From an uncultured Verrucomicrobiae bacterium (GTDB taxonomy: Bacteria > Verrucomicrobiota > Verrucomicrobiia > Palsa-1439): 64,000 nucleotides of DNA. The notes below the pieces were generated by a model. That model worked only from the letters and a program-made list of their open reading frames with translations. It ran no database searches and had not been told where the DNA came from. Of this stretch, positions 1 through 9,743 are shown piece by piece (position 1 is the first letter of the stretch; each line of letters opens with the position of its first letter). The translations under genes and the position numbers were made by a program. The stretch covers positions 256,001-320,000 of the forward strand of contig CAWEWF010000001.1 of assembly GCA_963812605.1 (NCBI GenBank). The letters run 5' to 3'.

Positions 1-1
1 C

Positions 2-646
2 ACCCTTTTTGACGCGCATAAGCAGATCGTGCTTTCGAGCGACCGGCCGGCCGCGGAAATCGCCAACCTGGAGACCCGCCTGGTCTCCCGTTTTGAGTGG
101 GGTTTGGTCACGGAACTCCAGCCGCCCGCGCTGGAAACGCGCATCGCCATCCTGAAGAAGAAGGCGGCCCTGATGGATGTGAAACTCTCGGACCAGGTCA
201 TCGAGTTCCTCGCCGAGAGGATTCGCACCAATATCCGCCGTCTGGAGGGCGCGCTGATTCGCGTCGCCTCTTTTGCCTCCCTCACCGGCACCGAGATCAA
301 CCGCGACGCCCTGGAATCGCTGTTGCGCGACGCGCTCCATGAAGAAGCCAAGCGGACGATTACCATCGAGTCGATCCAGAAGAAAGTTGCCGAGCATTTT
401 GACATCCGCTTCGCCGACATGACCAGTCGGCGCCGCCCGCAAAACGTGGCCTTCCCGCGGCAGGTGGCGATGTACCTGAGCCGAATCCTGACCAGCCGGT
501 CGCTCGCGGACATAGGCGAATGCTTCGGCGGCCGGGATCATGGCACGGTGATTCATGCCTGCAAACTGATTGAGAAGCGCGCGGCGAAGGACCAGGGCCT
601 GCGTCAAACCGTGTCCTTTTTGGAGCAATCACTGCAACGCCAATAA
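2..646 (+). CDS. dnaA: Chromosomal replication initiator DnaA (C-terminal part; 5' end outside window)
   Basis: Frame open from base 2; 'LVSRFEWGL', 'NIRRLEGAL', domain IV 'PRQVAMYL...FGGRDHGTVIHA'; directly upstream of dnaN. Confidence 0.98.
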   Translation, partial: TLFDAHKQIVLSSDRPAAEIANLETRLVSRFEWGLVTELQPPALETRIAILKKKAALMDVKLSDQVIEFLAERIRTNIRRLEGALIRVASFASLTGTEINRDALESLLRDALHEEAKRTITIESIQKKVAEHFDIRFADMTSRRRPQNVAFPRQVAMYLSRILTSRSLADIGECFGGRDHGTVIHACKLIEKRAAKDQGLRQTVSFLEQSLQRQ

Positions 647-868
647 CCTGCCGGCAAGTTGTCAATCCGCGGCGGAATGATGCCAATGACCGGGGGATTT
701 GTCTTCGAGGAAAATCTATTGGTCTCCAACGCGAACGTTTCCCGGGTAACACGAATCGATGCAACTATCTGCTGCATCCTTGACAAGGAAAGTTCTTTGC
801 GATATTCACAGCCCGAACGGTAACGACTGTTTCTCTTATAATAATATAGTCTTAGTATTCATACAGCC
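647..868. promoter_or_regulatory. Putative oriC / DNA unwinding region (dnaA-dnaN intergenic)
   Basis: DnaA-box-like ATATTCACA (802-810, 1 mismatch to TTWTNCACA), then a GCCC linker and an AT-rich tract 829-860; typical oriC position. Confidence 0.6.
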
Positions 869-1969
869 ATGCCCATCAAGTTCAAAGTGACCAAGGAAGC
901 GATTCTCGACGGGTTGCAGCGCGTGCAAAACGTCGTGAGTACGCGCACGACCCTGCCGATTTTATCGAATGTGCTTGTCCAGGCTTCCACGGGCAGTTTG
1001 AGCCTGACGACCACGGACCTGGATGTTGGCGTTCGCTGTAAAGTCGAAGCCGAAGTGTCCAAGGCGGGTTCGACCACACTGCCCGCGCGCAAGCTGTTTT
1101 CCATTTTGAAGGAAGTGCCCGCGGCGGAAATTGAAGTTGAGGTGGACGACCGTAATGCGGCCTCCATTCGTTGTGGATCGTCATTCTACAAGATCATGGG
1201 ATTGCCCGAGGAAGAGTTTCCGCGGTTTCCAGAGTCCGGCGCGGGCAAAGCGTTGAAAATTGAGCAGGCCGTGCTGCGGGATATGCTGAAGAAAACGGCG
1301 TACGCCGTTTCCAACGACGAGACGCGCTATGTCCTGAACGGCGTTTTCATGGGATTTAAAGGCGATAAGCTCACGGTTGTGGCTACTGACGGACGCCGCC
1401 TGGCGCTGATCGAGCACGATATCGAGGTTCCCAAGGGGTCCGAAGCCGAACTGATCATTCCAACCAAGGCGGTGGCCGAGTTGGAACGTCTCCTGGCTGA
1501 CAAAGGCGATGTAAAACTCTCCATCGGTGAAAACCAGATTATGTTCGAGCTGGACGGCACCACGCTGGTCTCCAAGCTGATTGAAGGGACGTATCCGAAT
1601 TTTCGCCAGGTCATTCCCACCGAGACGAAAGAGCGTGTTCCGCTCGAACGCGAACTATTGCTGGCGGCGCTGCGGCGTGCTTCGATCTTGGCCAGCGAAA
1701 AGTCGCAGTCCGTGAAGCTCAATTTCGCCAAAAATACGCTCACGATCACTGCGACCACACCCGAAGTTGGCGAAGCCAAGGAAACGCTCTCCATCAATTA
1801 CAAGGGCAAGGAGATCACCATTGCCTTCAATCCGCAATATATGATGGATCCCCTGCGCAATCTGGACGCCGACGAGGTTTTTGTGGAATTGACCGACGAA
1901 TTGAGCCCTGGCGTCATCAAGGTCAACGCCCCGTTCCTCTACGTGCTGATGCCCATGCGGCTCAACTAG
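869..1969 (+). CDS. dnaN: DNA polymerase III subunit beta (sliding clamp)
   Basis: 366 aa; 'TLPILSN', 'ETRYVLNG', 'VATDGRRLA', C-terminal 'YVLMPMR'. Confidence 0.99.
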   Translation: MPIKFKVTKEAILDGLQRVQNVVSTRTTLPILSNVLVQASTGSLSLTTTDLDVGVRCKVEAEVSKAGSTTLPARKLFSILKEVPAAEIEVEVDDRNAASIRCGSSFYKIMGLPEEEFPRFPESGAGKALKIEQAVLRDMLKKTAYAVSNDETRYVLNGVFMGFKGDKLTVVATDGRRLALIEHDIEVPKGSEAELIIPTKAVAELERLLADKGDVKLSIGENQIMFELDGTTLVSKLIEGTYPNFRQVIPTETKERVPLERELLLAALRRASILASEKSQSVKLNFAKNTLTITATTPEVGEAKETLSINYKGKEITIAFNPQYMMDPLRNLDADEVFVELTDELSPGVIKVNAPFLYVLMPMRLN

Positions 1970-1992
1970 CCGGTTCACTGAAGCTGGCGGAC

Positions 1993-2021
1993 TTGACACC
2001 TTTTTCGCCCCGCTCTACTCT
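1993..2021 (+). promoter_or_regulatory. Sigma70-type promoter of tRNA-Gln
   Basis: TTGACA (1993-1998), 17 bp spacer, TACTCT (2016-2021), just upstream of the tRNA. Confidence 0.75.
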
Positions 2022-2039
2022 TCCAGCAGCCATCACGAC

Positions 2040-2113
2040 TGCCTCGTAGTGTAATGGTAGCACAACTGACTCTGGATCAGTTTGTCTAGGTTCGAGTCCT
2101 AGCGAGGCAGCCA
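2040..2113 (+). tRNA. tRNA-Gln(CTG)
   Basis: Acceptor stem TGCCTCG/CGAGGCA, D-loop GTAATGGTAGC, anticodon arm ACTGA-CT-CTG-GA-TCAGT, T-arm CTAGG-TTCGAGT-CCTAG, encoded CCA. Confidence 0.97.
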
Positions 2114-2443
2114 TTTTCAATTCTGGCCCGTAGCAATTGGTCGCGCCAGATCACAACATCACCGCTTGTTCTCTGGAGATTCCCGGGTATTCGCCACCGG
2201 GCCTACCGGCGCGTGTGATGATTCTCGGCTACCGCTCGATGTCCAGGTCGACCTTAGTCACCCGCGTAACCCATACCAGTACCGACATTTGCGGTTATCA
2301 CCCAATTGCCGAAGACGCCTAACGAGCAAGTATTTTTTGCGACGCAGCCTGCAACCGTTAAAAAAGCTTGCTTACGAGGCGGTAACCTTCTACTCTCCCG
2401 CAGTCTGAGGCGCAGTTGCGAGAAGGGAAGGAGTTTGGATCGC

Positions 2444-3220
2444 ATGGTCCTGGGTAGTCGCCAAGTTGCGGAGCATTTTTTGCCGCAGAAATCCAATGGC
2501 CAACCACAAGCGGCGTTCACACTCATTGAACTGTTGGTGGTTATGGGCATCATCGGCATTCTCGCGGGACTGTTATTGCCGGCGCTTTCCCAAGCGCGGG
2601 ACCGGGCGCGCTCGGCCAGATGCATCAGCAACCTGAGGCAGATCAACTTCGCCATGGGTTTGTATGGAGATGACTATGGGTACTATCCCGCAGGCCATCA
2701 GGCGGGTGTAACGCAGTGGGATCTATGCATTGGCGTCTACGCCGGCGGTGTTAACAACCCGTATGTTACCCAAGCCCGCACCATGCTGTTTACCTGTCCC
2801 TCCGTGAAGATACCGGATAACGGTACGCAGCTCAACTACTCGGCCAACCCGAACATCTGCAAGGAAGTCCCCGCCGGCGCTCAAGTCAGGTATGGAAGCC
2901 TCGACCGCGTTTCCGAGATCATCCTCGTCGCCGATGCCATCCAGTACACCAGCGATGGAAGTTCGCAGGCTATTCTCTGGGGTGTGAATGGCAGCAGCGG
3001 CAACCCGATTTACCTGAACAACGGCAATCCGGCGAATGCCAATCAGCCTGTTCCCACCGGCCCCGACCAAGATCAGGCCTTGGGCGCCGCTGATCCGAAC
3101 GGCTCCAATTTCCGCTTCCGCCACGGAAACAAATCGATCAACGCGTTATTTGTCGACGGCCACGCCGACAGTTTCGTCAAAGGCCAGATTCGAGACCGGA
3201 ATGTGTACGTCAACTATTAA
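2444..3220 (+). CDS. Prepilin-type N-terminal cleavage/methylation domain protein with C-terminal H-X9-DG-type motif (DUF1559-like)
   Basis: 'AFTLIELLVVMGIIGILAGLLLPALSQARDRAR..C.SNLRQ' and 'RHGNKSINALFVDGH'; start set to the ATG after GGAAGGAG. Confidence 0.9.
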   Translation: MVLGSRQVAEHFLPQKSNGQPQAAFTLIELLVVMGIIGILAGLLLPALSQARDRARSARCISNLRQINFAMGLYGDDYGYYPAGHQAGVTQWDLCIGVYAGGVNNPYVTQARTMLFTCPSVKIPDNGTQLNYSANPNICKEVPAGAQVRYGSLDRVSEIILVADAIQYTSDGSSQAILWGVNGSSGNPIYLNNGNPANANQPVPTGPDQDQALGAADPNGSNFRFRHGNKSINALFVDGHADSFVKGQIRDRNVYVNY

Positions 3221-3302
3221 GGTCCCCGTCAAGGCAGAGATCCCCGTCGATACAGATCGTCCGCCGGGTCAAGGACGTTAGACGTGGTGGTCACCAGGGC
3301 GA

Positions 3303-5966
3303 ATGATGAATTCAAACCGGACTTACATTTGGCAACGGAACCGAAAATCCGGGAATGCGGGCACGGCGCGGCTTGTTGGCGATAGGACGACGACAGGAGA
3401 CCTTGCGGATAAACGAACATCGCGACGATCCGGAGTCGGAGCTCAAAGACTGTCGCCCACCTCGACGATTGCCGATGCGAACGACCGTCCGCGGGTGGAC
3501 GGCAAGTTCCTCAAGGTCAAAGGACGACGATTCTGGGTGAAAGGCGTCACCTATGGGGCGTTTCATCCCAATGCGGAAGGAGATCCATTCCCCACGCGAC
3601 AGCAGGTCGGTGATGATTTCATTCGCATGTACGAAGCCGGCGTTAACACCGTCCGCCTCTACGCGCCGCCCCCCGACTGGCTTGCGGATCTAGCCGCCCG
3701 GATCGGGCTCTACCTTGTACCGGATATTTGTTGGGGGCCGCGCAAGTGCGAGTTGGACAACGAGTATCGGCTGCGCTACATCCGAGAGTGGACACGCGAA
3801 CACGCCCGCCGTCTGGCCAACCACCCGGCGATGTTGCTCTATTCGATCGGCAATGAGATTCCTCCCCTGCTCATCCGTTGGTACGGACGAGCCCAGGTGG
3901 AGAGCTTCCTGCGGTCCCTGCATGACATCGTCAAGGAGGAATCCCCGGACGCGTTGGTGACGTATGTGAATCACCCGCCCACCGAGTATCTCCACCTCCC
4001 ATTTCTGGATGTCGTGTCCTACAACATTTTTCTGGAGCGCGAGCCCGAATTCCGCGCTTATCTGGCGCGGTTACAGAACCTTGTTGGCGATCGCCCCCTC
4101 TTGCTCACCGAGGTCGGATTGGACGCAAACCAGCATGGCGAGGTTGCGCAAGCGAAATTCCTCGACTGGCAGGTGCGCGCCGCGTTCGAGAAAGGTCTCT
4201 GCGGCGTGTCGGTTTATGGCTGGACCGACGAGTGGGGTATTTTCAATGAGACGATCCACGGTTGGTCCTTTGGTCTGACCCATGCCGATCGCCGACCAAA
4301 GGCGGCGCTCCGCACGATCACCGACATCTATCACCGCGATCTCTACCGCATGCGCCGCAAGCCGTGGCCGTTGGTATCCGTCGTGGTCTGCGGTTACAAC
4401 GCTGCGTCGACCATGGGGGAGTGTTTGCGGTCATTGGCACACCTCAGCTACCCACGTTACGAGGTGATTGTGGTTGACGACGGATCGACCGACGCCACGC
4501 ACGCGTTCGCCCTGGAGCACGGTATGCGTTGCCTCCGTGTGCCCAATGGCGGCCTGAGCAAGGCGCGCAACCTCGGCATCGAGGCCGCCCGCGGTGAAAT
4601 CGTTGCGTTTATCGATGCCGATGCCTACGCCGATCCCGAATGGCTGTACTACCTTGTCACGGCGCTGGAGGAGCACGGGGCGGCGGCGGCGGGAGGGCCG
4701 AATTTGTCGCCGCCGGGCGATGGGTTCATGGCCCAGTGTGTGGACCAGTCACCCGGCAACCCCACCTGCGTGCTTGTCGACAACGAGCGCGCCGAACACA
4801 TCCCCGGCTGCAACATGGCGTACCGCAAAAAGTATCTCCAGTGGGTTGGCAATTTCGATCCGCGCCATCGGGCCGCCGGCGACGATGTCGATGTGTGTTG
4901 GAAGCTGCTGGTCAGCGGTCGCAAGATTGTTTACAGCCCCAGCGCGGTGGTCTGGCATCATCGACGGCCTACTGTCCGCTCTTATTTGCGCCAGCAGCAA
5001 GGCTATGGGTACGCCGAGGCGCACTTGCGACGACGCTACCCCGGCCGATTCAATATGTTCGGCTACCCCGTCTGGCAGGGTGGTGTGTACGACACCGCCC
5101 ATGTTAACCTGCGCTTGCAGGGATTGCCGGTGATTTTCCGTCCGCGCGTCTACCAGGGCCAGTTTTGCGGCGCGCAGTTTCAGTCGTTATATCAACCGTT
5201 CTTGTCCTGGTGGTTTCAAGTTTTCACCCTCATCGAGTGGCAATTGCTGGCGGGCTGCACATTGTTGGCGGGGCTGTTGGGCGCGTGGCGTGAGCCGGTT
5301 ATCGGCGTGGCCACGCTGGCAGTAGCAGTGGCCATGATCGGCTTGACGATCACGGCAGCGTTGTTGGCGGGGTTCCGCGCGGCGCATTCCAAGAAATGGC
5401 GGGGTAACGAAAAGTGGCGCGGCGTAAGTACTGTGAGCACACTGTACATTGTCCAACCCATCGCCCGCGCCCTGGGCCGGGTCCGCGGATGGTGGCACCT
5501 GCGCAAGCACCGCTGGGAATTTCCCGAGGTGGATGTTCTGGAAGGCAACCTCGTCAAACGCGGTGAATGGTTGCAGCGGGTGGAAGAGCACATGAGGTCT
5601 TGTGGTTGGATCGTGCGACCCAGTAACGATTGGGGTAACGCCGATTTGGACATACTTGGGCCAGGACCCTACACGCTAAAACTCTGCTCGGTCTACGAGG
5701 AGAACCTGGAGCGGGGACAACATTTCATCCGCTACCGCGTGAAGGTCCGCATGAAACCGCACGCGCCACTGATGGTGGCCGCGCTCATGGCGAGCCTGGT
5801 GGCGATCACGCAGGCGCTGTATCTCGCGCCGCTGGCCGTACCCGTCCTACTGATTCTCCGCCGCTATGTGTGCGCCCGAAAAATGATGATCCGGGCCGTC
5901 TCCCAAAAGGCGATGGAATGCGGCTGGCCGCTGGGCATGCCCCGCGCCAAGGAGTACTCTTGCTAA
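3303..5966 (+). CDS. GH2-like TIM-barrel + GT2 glycosyltransferase fusion with C-terminal membrane helices
   Basis: 'GVNTVRLY', 'YSIGNE', 'LTEVGLD'; GT2 'VSVVVCGYN..VDDGSTD..FIDAD..GDDVD'; start uncertain. Confidence 0.85.
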   Translation: MMNSNRTYIWQRNRKSGNAGTARLVGDRTTTGDLADKRTSRRSGVGAQRLSPTSTIADANDRPRVDGKFLKVKGRRFWVKGVTYGAFHPNAEGDPFPTRQQVGDDFIRMYEAGVNTVRLYAPPPDWLADLAARIGLYLVPDICWGPRKCELDNEYRLRYIREWTREHARRLANHPAMLLYSIGNEIPPLLIRWYGRAQVESFLRSLHDIVKEESPDALVTYVNHPPTEYLHLPFLDVVSYNIFLEREPEFRAYLARLQNLVGDRPLLLTEVGLDANQHGEVAQAKFLDWQVRAAFEKGLCGVSVYGWTDEWGIFNETIHGWSFGLTHADRRPKAALRTITDIYHRDLYRMRRKPWPLVSVVVCGYNAASTMGECLRSLAHLSYPRYEVIVVDDGSTDATHAFALEHGMRCLRVPNGGLSKARNLGIEAARGEIVAFIDADAYADPEWLYYLVTALEEHGAAAAGGPNLSPPGDGFMAQCVDQSPGNPTCVLVDNERAEHIPGCNMAYRKKYLQWVGNFDPRHRAAGDDVDVCWKLLVSGRKIVYSPSAVVWHHRRPTVRSYLRQQQGYGYAEAHLRRRYPGRFNMFGYPVWQGGVYDTAHVNLRLQGLPVIFRPRVYQGQFCGAQFQSLYQPFLSWWFQVFTLIEWQLLAGCTLLAGLLGAWREPVIGVATLAVAVAMIGLTITAALLAGFRAAHSKKWRGNEKWRGVSTVSTLYIVQPIARALGRVRGWWHLRKHRWEFPEVDVLEGNLVKRGEWLQRVEEHMRSCGWIVRPSNDWGNADLDILGPGPYTLKLCSVYEENLERGQHFIRYRVKVRMKPHAPLMVAALMASLVAITQALYLAPLAVPVLLILRRYVCARKMMIRAVSQKAMECGWPLGMPRAKEYSC

Positions 5967-7786
5967 TGTTGCGAAAACTCTGGCCCTATTGGCGCGGCGC
6001 GAAAGCGGACACCTTCCTGGGTTCGGTCGTGCTGGTATTCGTGGCCGCCATGGAGCTCGTCCAACCGTGGCCGTTCAAATGGCTCGTGGATTGTGTGTTC
6101 GGATCGCGTCCCGCGCCGGCATGGCTGTCGCGCATCTGGCCGGCCTTTGCCGACCACGATGCTCCGGGTGCGATCCTGGCGGTTTGCGTGATGATTGTGG
6201 CGCTGACCGTGGTGCACCGATTGGCTGCGATGCTGGGCTCCATGCTCTGGGTGCGCGCAGGCTGGCACATCGTGTTGCAACTGCGCTGCGCAGCCTTCGA
6301 CAGGCTGCACCGGTTGTCGATGTCCTATCACGAGCGCACCCGCGTGGGCGAATCCTTGTACCGCGTCGCCTACGATGCCCATGCCGCGCAATCCCTCCTC
6401 AGCGGTTCGATCGTGCCGATCTGGAGTGCCAGCCTGGTATTCGCCGGGGTGATCGCCGTCATGTTGCGATTGGATCCATGGCTGACGCTGGCGGCGCTCA
6501 TTGTCGCGCCGCTGTTTCTGCTGACCATCCGCGGGTTTGGGCACAGAATTGACGAACTCTCCAAACGTTACCACGAGAACGAAAGCGGGTTGGTCTCGAC
6601 CATTCAAGAATCGCTCTCGTCCATCCGGGCCGTGCAGGCGTTCACACTCGAGCCCGAAACGGGCCAGCGGTTTCGCGAGCAGGCCTTGGAAAGCCGCGCG
6701 ACCAACTTGCGTCTCACCCGGACGCAATTTTGGTTCTCTGGCTGCGTGGGTCTGGTGATGACGGCCGGGACAGTGACCGTGATTTGGATCGGCGCGCATG
6801 GCGTCTTGGGCGGACGGTTGACACTGGGGGACATCCTTGTGTTTCTCGCTTATGTGGGGATGCTGTACCAGCCCATGAACGCCTTCAGCCAGGGCGTGAC
6901 CGTGGCCAAGACCGCCAACACCCAACTCCGGCGCGTGTTTGAGGTGATTGATGCGATCCCCGAGATCCGCGACCGACCAGGAGCGAAACCATTGCCAGTC
7001 GTCCGTGGAGAGGTCGAGTTTCGCGACGTAAGCTTCCAGTACGAACCCGGACGTCCCGCGCTTCGTGATGTTGTGCTAACCGTGGAACCTGGCCGGATTG
7101 TGGCAGTCGTGGGCCGCACCGGCGCTGGGAAGACCACGCTGGCAAGCTTACTCATGCGATTCTACGATCCGACCAGCGGCGCGGTGTTGCTCGACGGCCA
7201 CGACCTGCGCGATCTGCCTCTGGCGTGGTTGCGCCAACGGGTCAGCGTCGTGCTCCAGGATCCAATCATCTTCTCGACCTCCGTTGCGGAGAATATCGCG
7301 TATGGCCGACCGGGGGCGACACGCACGCAAATCGAGGAAGCGGCGCGCCGGTCACAGTCCGGCGATTTCATCCTCGCGTTGCCGCAAGGTTACGATACGG
7401 TGCTGGGCGAACGGGGAGTTAATTTATCCGGCGGGCAGCGCCAGCGGTTGGCCATTGCCCGCTCATTGCTGAAGGACGCGGCGATTCTGGTGCTCGATGA
7501 ACCAACTTCCGCCGTGGATTCAGAGACGGAGCGGGCGCTGCTGGACGGTGTTAACGAGCTGGCGAAGAACCGCACGATGTTCATCATCTCCCACCGTTTG
7601 TCCACCGTACGACTGGCCGATCTGATTGTGGTTCTCGACAATGGACGAATCGCGGAGCGCGGCACGCACGCGGAACTGATGGGGCACGACACAGCGTACC
7701 GTCGTCTCTACCTCAACCAGTGGGGACCCGAGGACAGGTCGGCCAGCGATCTTGCGGCTGCCGTTTCCCCGGTATGGAAATCGTGA
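5966..7786 (+). CDS. ABC exporter, fused permease/ATPase (MsbA-like fold)
   Basis: N-terminal TM domain; Walker A GRTGAGKTT, LSGGQ, LDEPT; TAATG overlap with the upstream stop. Confidence 0.93.
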   Translation: MLRKLWPYWRGAKADTFLGSVVLVFVAAMELVQPWPFKWLVDCVFGSRPAPAWLSRIWPAFADHDAPGAILAVCVMIVALTVVHRLAAMLGSMLWVRAGWHIVLQLRCAAFDRLHRLSMSYHERTRVGESLYRVAYDAHAAQSLLSGSIVPIWSASLVFAGVIAVMLRLDPWLTLAALIVAPLFLLTIRGFGHRIDELSKRYHENESGLVSTIQESLSSIRAVQAFTLEPETGQRFREQALESRATNLRLTRTQFWFSGCVGLVMTAGTVTVIWIGAHGVLGGRLTLGDILVFLAYVGMLYQPMNAFSQGVTVAKTANTQLRRVFEVIDAIPEIRDRPGAKPLPVVRGEVEFRDVSFQYEPGRPALRDVVLTVEPGRIVAVVGRTGAGKTTLASLLMRFYDPTSGAVLLDGHDLRDLPLAWLRQRVSVVLQDPIIFSTSVAENIAYGRPGATRTQIEEAARRSQSGDFILALPQGYDTVLGERGVNLSGGQRQRLAIARSLLKDAAILVLDEPTSAVDSETERALLDGVNELAKNRTMFIISHRLSTVRLADLIVVLDNGRIAERGTHAELMGHDTAYRRLYLNQWGPEDRSASDLAAAVSPVWKS

Positions 7787-7801
7787 ACCTACGGTGATGT
7801 C

Positions 7802-9400
7802 GTGACTGCATCCTTCCATCACCGTCGCAGCCCGAAGCTCTGCCTCGCCGCAGTCATTGCGACCATGGTGGCCTCATGGGTATGCGCCCAGTCGTACCTC
7901 TCAGCCGTCGGCGTGGTCGAGATCAACCCCGGGCCTTCCAGCTCGTTTCCCACCAACCTGACTGTCTTTGGCAACGCGCTGTACTTCCAAGCCACCGACG
8001 GGATCAATGGTTACGAACTATGGAAGTACGACGGCCAGGGTGCCAGCCTCGTCAGCAACATCAATAGCACCAGCTCGGCGGACTCCTTCCCACAGGAACT
8101 GGCCGCGATCAGCAATGTGCTGTATTTCCAGGCCACCGACGGGATCAACGGTTACGAGCCGTGGAAGTACGATGGCACCACCGCGACGCTGATAAGCAAT
8201 ATCAACGCGACAAGCGACTCCTTTCCCCAGTTCTTCACCCCGTTTAACAATGCGGTCTATTTCCGCGCCAACGATGGCCTACACGGCTACGAACTCTGGC
8301 GCTACAACGGCACCAATGCCCAGCGCGTGACCGACATCAACCCTGGCAGCGGCAGCTCATTCCCGGCCTATTTGACCGCGTTCAATGGCGCGTTGTATTT
8401 TCAAGCGACGGACGGGAACAACAACTATGAGTTGTGGAAGTACGATGGCACGAATGCCTCCCAAGTCGCCGACATCAATCCGGGCAGCAACAAGAGTTCC
8501 TTTCCACAATACCTGACGGTGTTTAGCAATGCGCTGTATTTTGCGGCCAATGACGGCAATAACGGATTCGAACTGTGGAAATCGACCGGCACCAACGCGA
8601 CGTTGGCGGCGAATATTCGCCCGGGCAACAGCACAGGTTCTGATCCCCACAACCTGACCGTCTTTGGCAACGCGCTGTATTTCGCGGCTACCGATGGCAT
8701 CAATGGCTACGAGTTGTGGAAATACGACGGCACCAGCACGAACGCCACGCGCATTACGGACATCAATCCCGGCGCCGCGGATTCATTTCCCTCGTGGCTG
8801 ACCGTCTTCAACAATGCCCTCTATTTTTCGGCCACGAACGCCACCTATGGATGGGAGCTATGGAAGTATGACGGCACGAACGTATCGTTGGTCGCCGACA
8901 TCAATCCCGGCAGCGCAAGCTCCTTCCCGTCATATCTGACGATGTTCAATGGGGCGCTCTACTTCTCGGCCGTCGATGGCACCCATGGCAACCAGCTGTG
9001 GCGCTACGACGGAACGAACGCGGCGCTCGTAGCCGACGCCAACGCGGCGAACACGAACTTTTTCCCCAAGTTTCTGACCCCCCTTGGCAATCAGCTTTGT
9101 TTTCAGGCCAACGGCGGGGTGGCCGATTTTGAGTTGGGGCGGCTGAGATTTACACCCTTTACCATTCAATCTATCGCGACTACCACCAACGATGTTCTAA
9201 TTGCGTGGACAACCGTGGGCGGCCAGACAAATCAGGTCGAGGCGTCCAATGGCGATGCCAGCGGAAATTACACCAACAGTTTTCTCCCACTCGGTCCGTT
9301 GCTCATCGTCCCGGGCACCGACGAAACGGTCACCAACCTTCTCGATCCCGGCGGGGCGACGAACCTGCCAGCCCGCTTCTACCGCATTCACGGCCAATAG
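7802..9400 (+). CDS. Secreted ELWxxDGT-repeat (beta-propeller) protein
   Basis: Signal peptide; ~8 repeats 'INPG..SSFP..LT.F.NALYF.A.DG..G.ELWKYDGT'; C-terminal 'ARFYRI' module. Confidence 0.9.
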   Translation: MTASFHHRRSPKLCLAAVIATMVASWVCAQSYLSAVGVVEINPGPSSSFPTNLTVFGNALYFQATDGINGYELWKYDGQGASLVSNINSTSSADSFPQELAAISNVLYFQATDGINGYEPWKYDGTTATLISNINATSDSFPQFFTPFNNAVYFRANDGLHGYELWRYNGTNAQRVTDINPGSGSSFPAYLTAFNGALYFQATDGNNNYELWKYDGTNASQVADINPGSNKSSFPQYLTVFSNALYFAANDGNNGFELWKSTGTNATLAANIRPGNSTGSDPHNLTVFGNALYFAATDGINGYELWKYDGTSTNATRITDINPGAADSFPSWLTVFNNALYFSATNATYGWELWKYDGTNVSLVADINPGSASSFPSYLTMFNGALYFSAVDGTHGNQLWRYDGTNAALVADANAANTNFFPKFLTPLGNQLCFQANGGVADFELGRLRFTPFTIQSIATTTNDVLIAWTTVGGQTNQVEASNGDASGNYTNSFLPLGPLLIVPGTDETVTNLLDPGGATNLPARFYRIHGQ

Positions 9401-9743
9401 TAACCTGCCTCCGTTGTTCTATCGCTCCGCATCCGTGCCAACCAACGACAAACCGCGCTAATTCGAGACAGTTTGTTGTGGACCCAGTTGTTGGCCTGAA
9501 TGCATTTCAATTGGGGTGGATACCATTGCATTTGGATTCCCAACGCAGGAAGTGTTGCGTGAACGAGTCCACGACTTCGTGGCCCGAAGGCCCAACAGAA
9601 GCAACTCCTGGCTACTAAATAGGCGACTGTACGGCTCATAGAGCGCCGCGACAACGAACTGATGCACTACGCCTGCTTCAGTTCCCTTGACTTTGGCGAA
9701 ACCTTGGTGCTTATTCCGGCCGTCTTGGGTGCGAGAGCAGCTC

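Noticed and set aside
2114-2443. Integrase remnant next to the tRNA
   Set aside because: The short ORFs here show no tyrosine- or serine-recombinase motifs.
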